From positions 17,991,535-18,055,534 of the forward strand of contig NC_057736.1 of the NCBI RefSeq assembly GCF_004010195.1: 64,000 bases of DNA, given 5' to 3'. Both the position numbers and the translations under genes were made by a program. Positions 62,926 to 64,000 of this stretch are shown piece by piece; within the stretch, counting starts at the first letter, position 1, and the number at the start of each line of letters is the position of its first letter. The DNA comes from Chiloscyllium plagiosum (lineage: Eukaryota). The notes under the pieces are model-generated. The model saw only the letters and a program-made list of their open reading frames with translations, did no database searches and had not been told where the DNA came from.

Positions 62926-63838
62926 TTTTATAAAATTCTAAATACCCAGACAAACCTATATGCTTAACTTAAAATTCCAAGTAGCCAAACTTGCAGTAAT
63001 TGTTATTAGGATATGTATATACATAAATGTCACAGTTTCATCACACCTTACAATACTTCAGTGAGAACTATCTTCACACTAAAGCTCCCTGCTCACACTC
63101 CAATTGGGACAGTTGCAACCAATTTTCTCATGATGATTTTCTATGTAGTAGATGCTTTAGATGCCTTTTGCTTTTATCGGATGTCTCCCCGAGACACCTG
63201 AAACAACCGCAAACTAAACTTGGTATTACTTTAAACTTTAGAACAAATACCAAGTTCCTAGATTCAGCGATCCAGCTGACCTGCCTCAAACCTCTGGCAC
63301 TCTCACACAAACTAACTCATCTTGGATTGTTTCATTTCTATGCATGTCGAGACTCCAGCCACTCGGTGAAAGTAGGGTTTTATTTGATCTCAAATACACT
63401 GAATTATTTACTCCAATAGTTTAAAACCTCAGTGAAATGCATGTAAAGAGAATAAATCTCCAGATTCTCTGTTATCATTCATAGTGCAAAGATAAAGTGA
63501 ATCTAAACCATGTCACCCTGACTTAATGAATAAAATATAAACTGTAAATTCAACTTAAAGTTACACATTAGCTCTTAACACAACACTCCAATTTGTCTGT
63601 TGTGAATGTAACAGCCCTTGGGTTAGCATTTGACGAAAAATGCGTATGTTGCCTAGTATTCTAGCCCCCTCCTCCTCCTTATGTCACCACCAAAAAACTA
63701 AAAGAATTTAGCATTGATGGTATATTGCTGTGTACGTACTGATGATTGTGGTTGCCTGTACAAGGACAATGACTGGTCTTCATTGTGTTAAAAATTTAAT
63801 ATTTTCTACAATTTAATTTGTTTTTGTGTATCTTCCAG

Positions 63839-63948
63839 AAGGTTCACCAACACATTCTGTGTGGAGGTGGTACAACATCGGCAGATGGGTCGCATTTGGT
63901 TTGATGGCCATGATGCCTATATCATTGTGTATCCTGGGGTGTGGCTAA
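63839..63948 (+). CDS. BTLA-like gene B, terminal exon: stalk and hydrophobic segment with NxxR, no cytoplasmic tail
   Basis: ttgtttttgtgtatcttccag|AA acceptor, phase 1 fits the Ig2 donor; EGSPTHSVWRWYNIGRWVAFGLMAMMPISLCILGCG-TAA (63946-63948). Confidence 0.8.
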
Positions 63949-64000
63949 GGTAGCGACCAAGACAAGATTTTAACACTTCCATTAGTTAATAAAGATATTA

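Noticed and set aside
1-64000. CRISPR arrays, prokaryotic operons, rRNA genes and RAG recombination signal sequences beside the Ig exons
   Set aside because: Eukaryotic intron-exon DNA with no spacer-repeat array or rRNA; the Ig exons end in normal splice donors and I saw no heptamer-spacer-nonamer flanking them.

Overview
Eukaryotic (vertebrate) genomic DNA. The repeat content (HE1/V-SINE-like SINEs, CR1 LINEs, Penelope-like elements) points to a cartilaginous fish, probably a shark; this is an inference. Three split genes can be assembled by hand from GT-AG splice sites and consistent exon phases. (1) Exons 1-3 of a taste-receptor type 1 (TAS1R, class C GPCR) gene on the minus strand, running off the left edge. 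(2) A BTLA-like single-Ig receptor on the minus strand (40513->22170): signal peptide, Ig, TM and a cytoplasmic tail with YVNM, YINE and YEND motifs, but no ITIM/ITSM exon that I could find. (3) Head-to-head with it, a second BTLA-like gene on the plus strand (49991->63948): signal peptide, two BTLA-type Ig domains and a C-terminal hydrophobic segment preceded by an N-x-x-R motif, with no cytoplasmic tail. This divergent pair looks like a paired or heterodimeric BTLA-family immune receptor system that I do not recognise from mammals, and it is the main finding. The rest is introns and intergenic DNA with CR1 LINEs, SINEs, Penelope-like elements carrying hammerhead-ribozyme motifs, a hAT transposon with TIRs and a TSD, an inverted repeat enclosing a telomere-like tract, and two assembly gaps.
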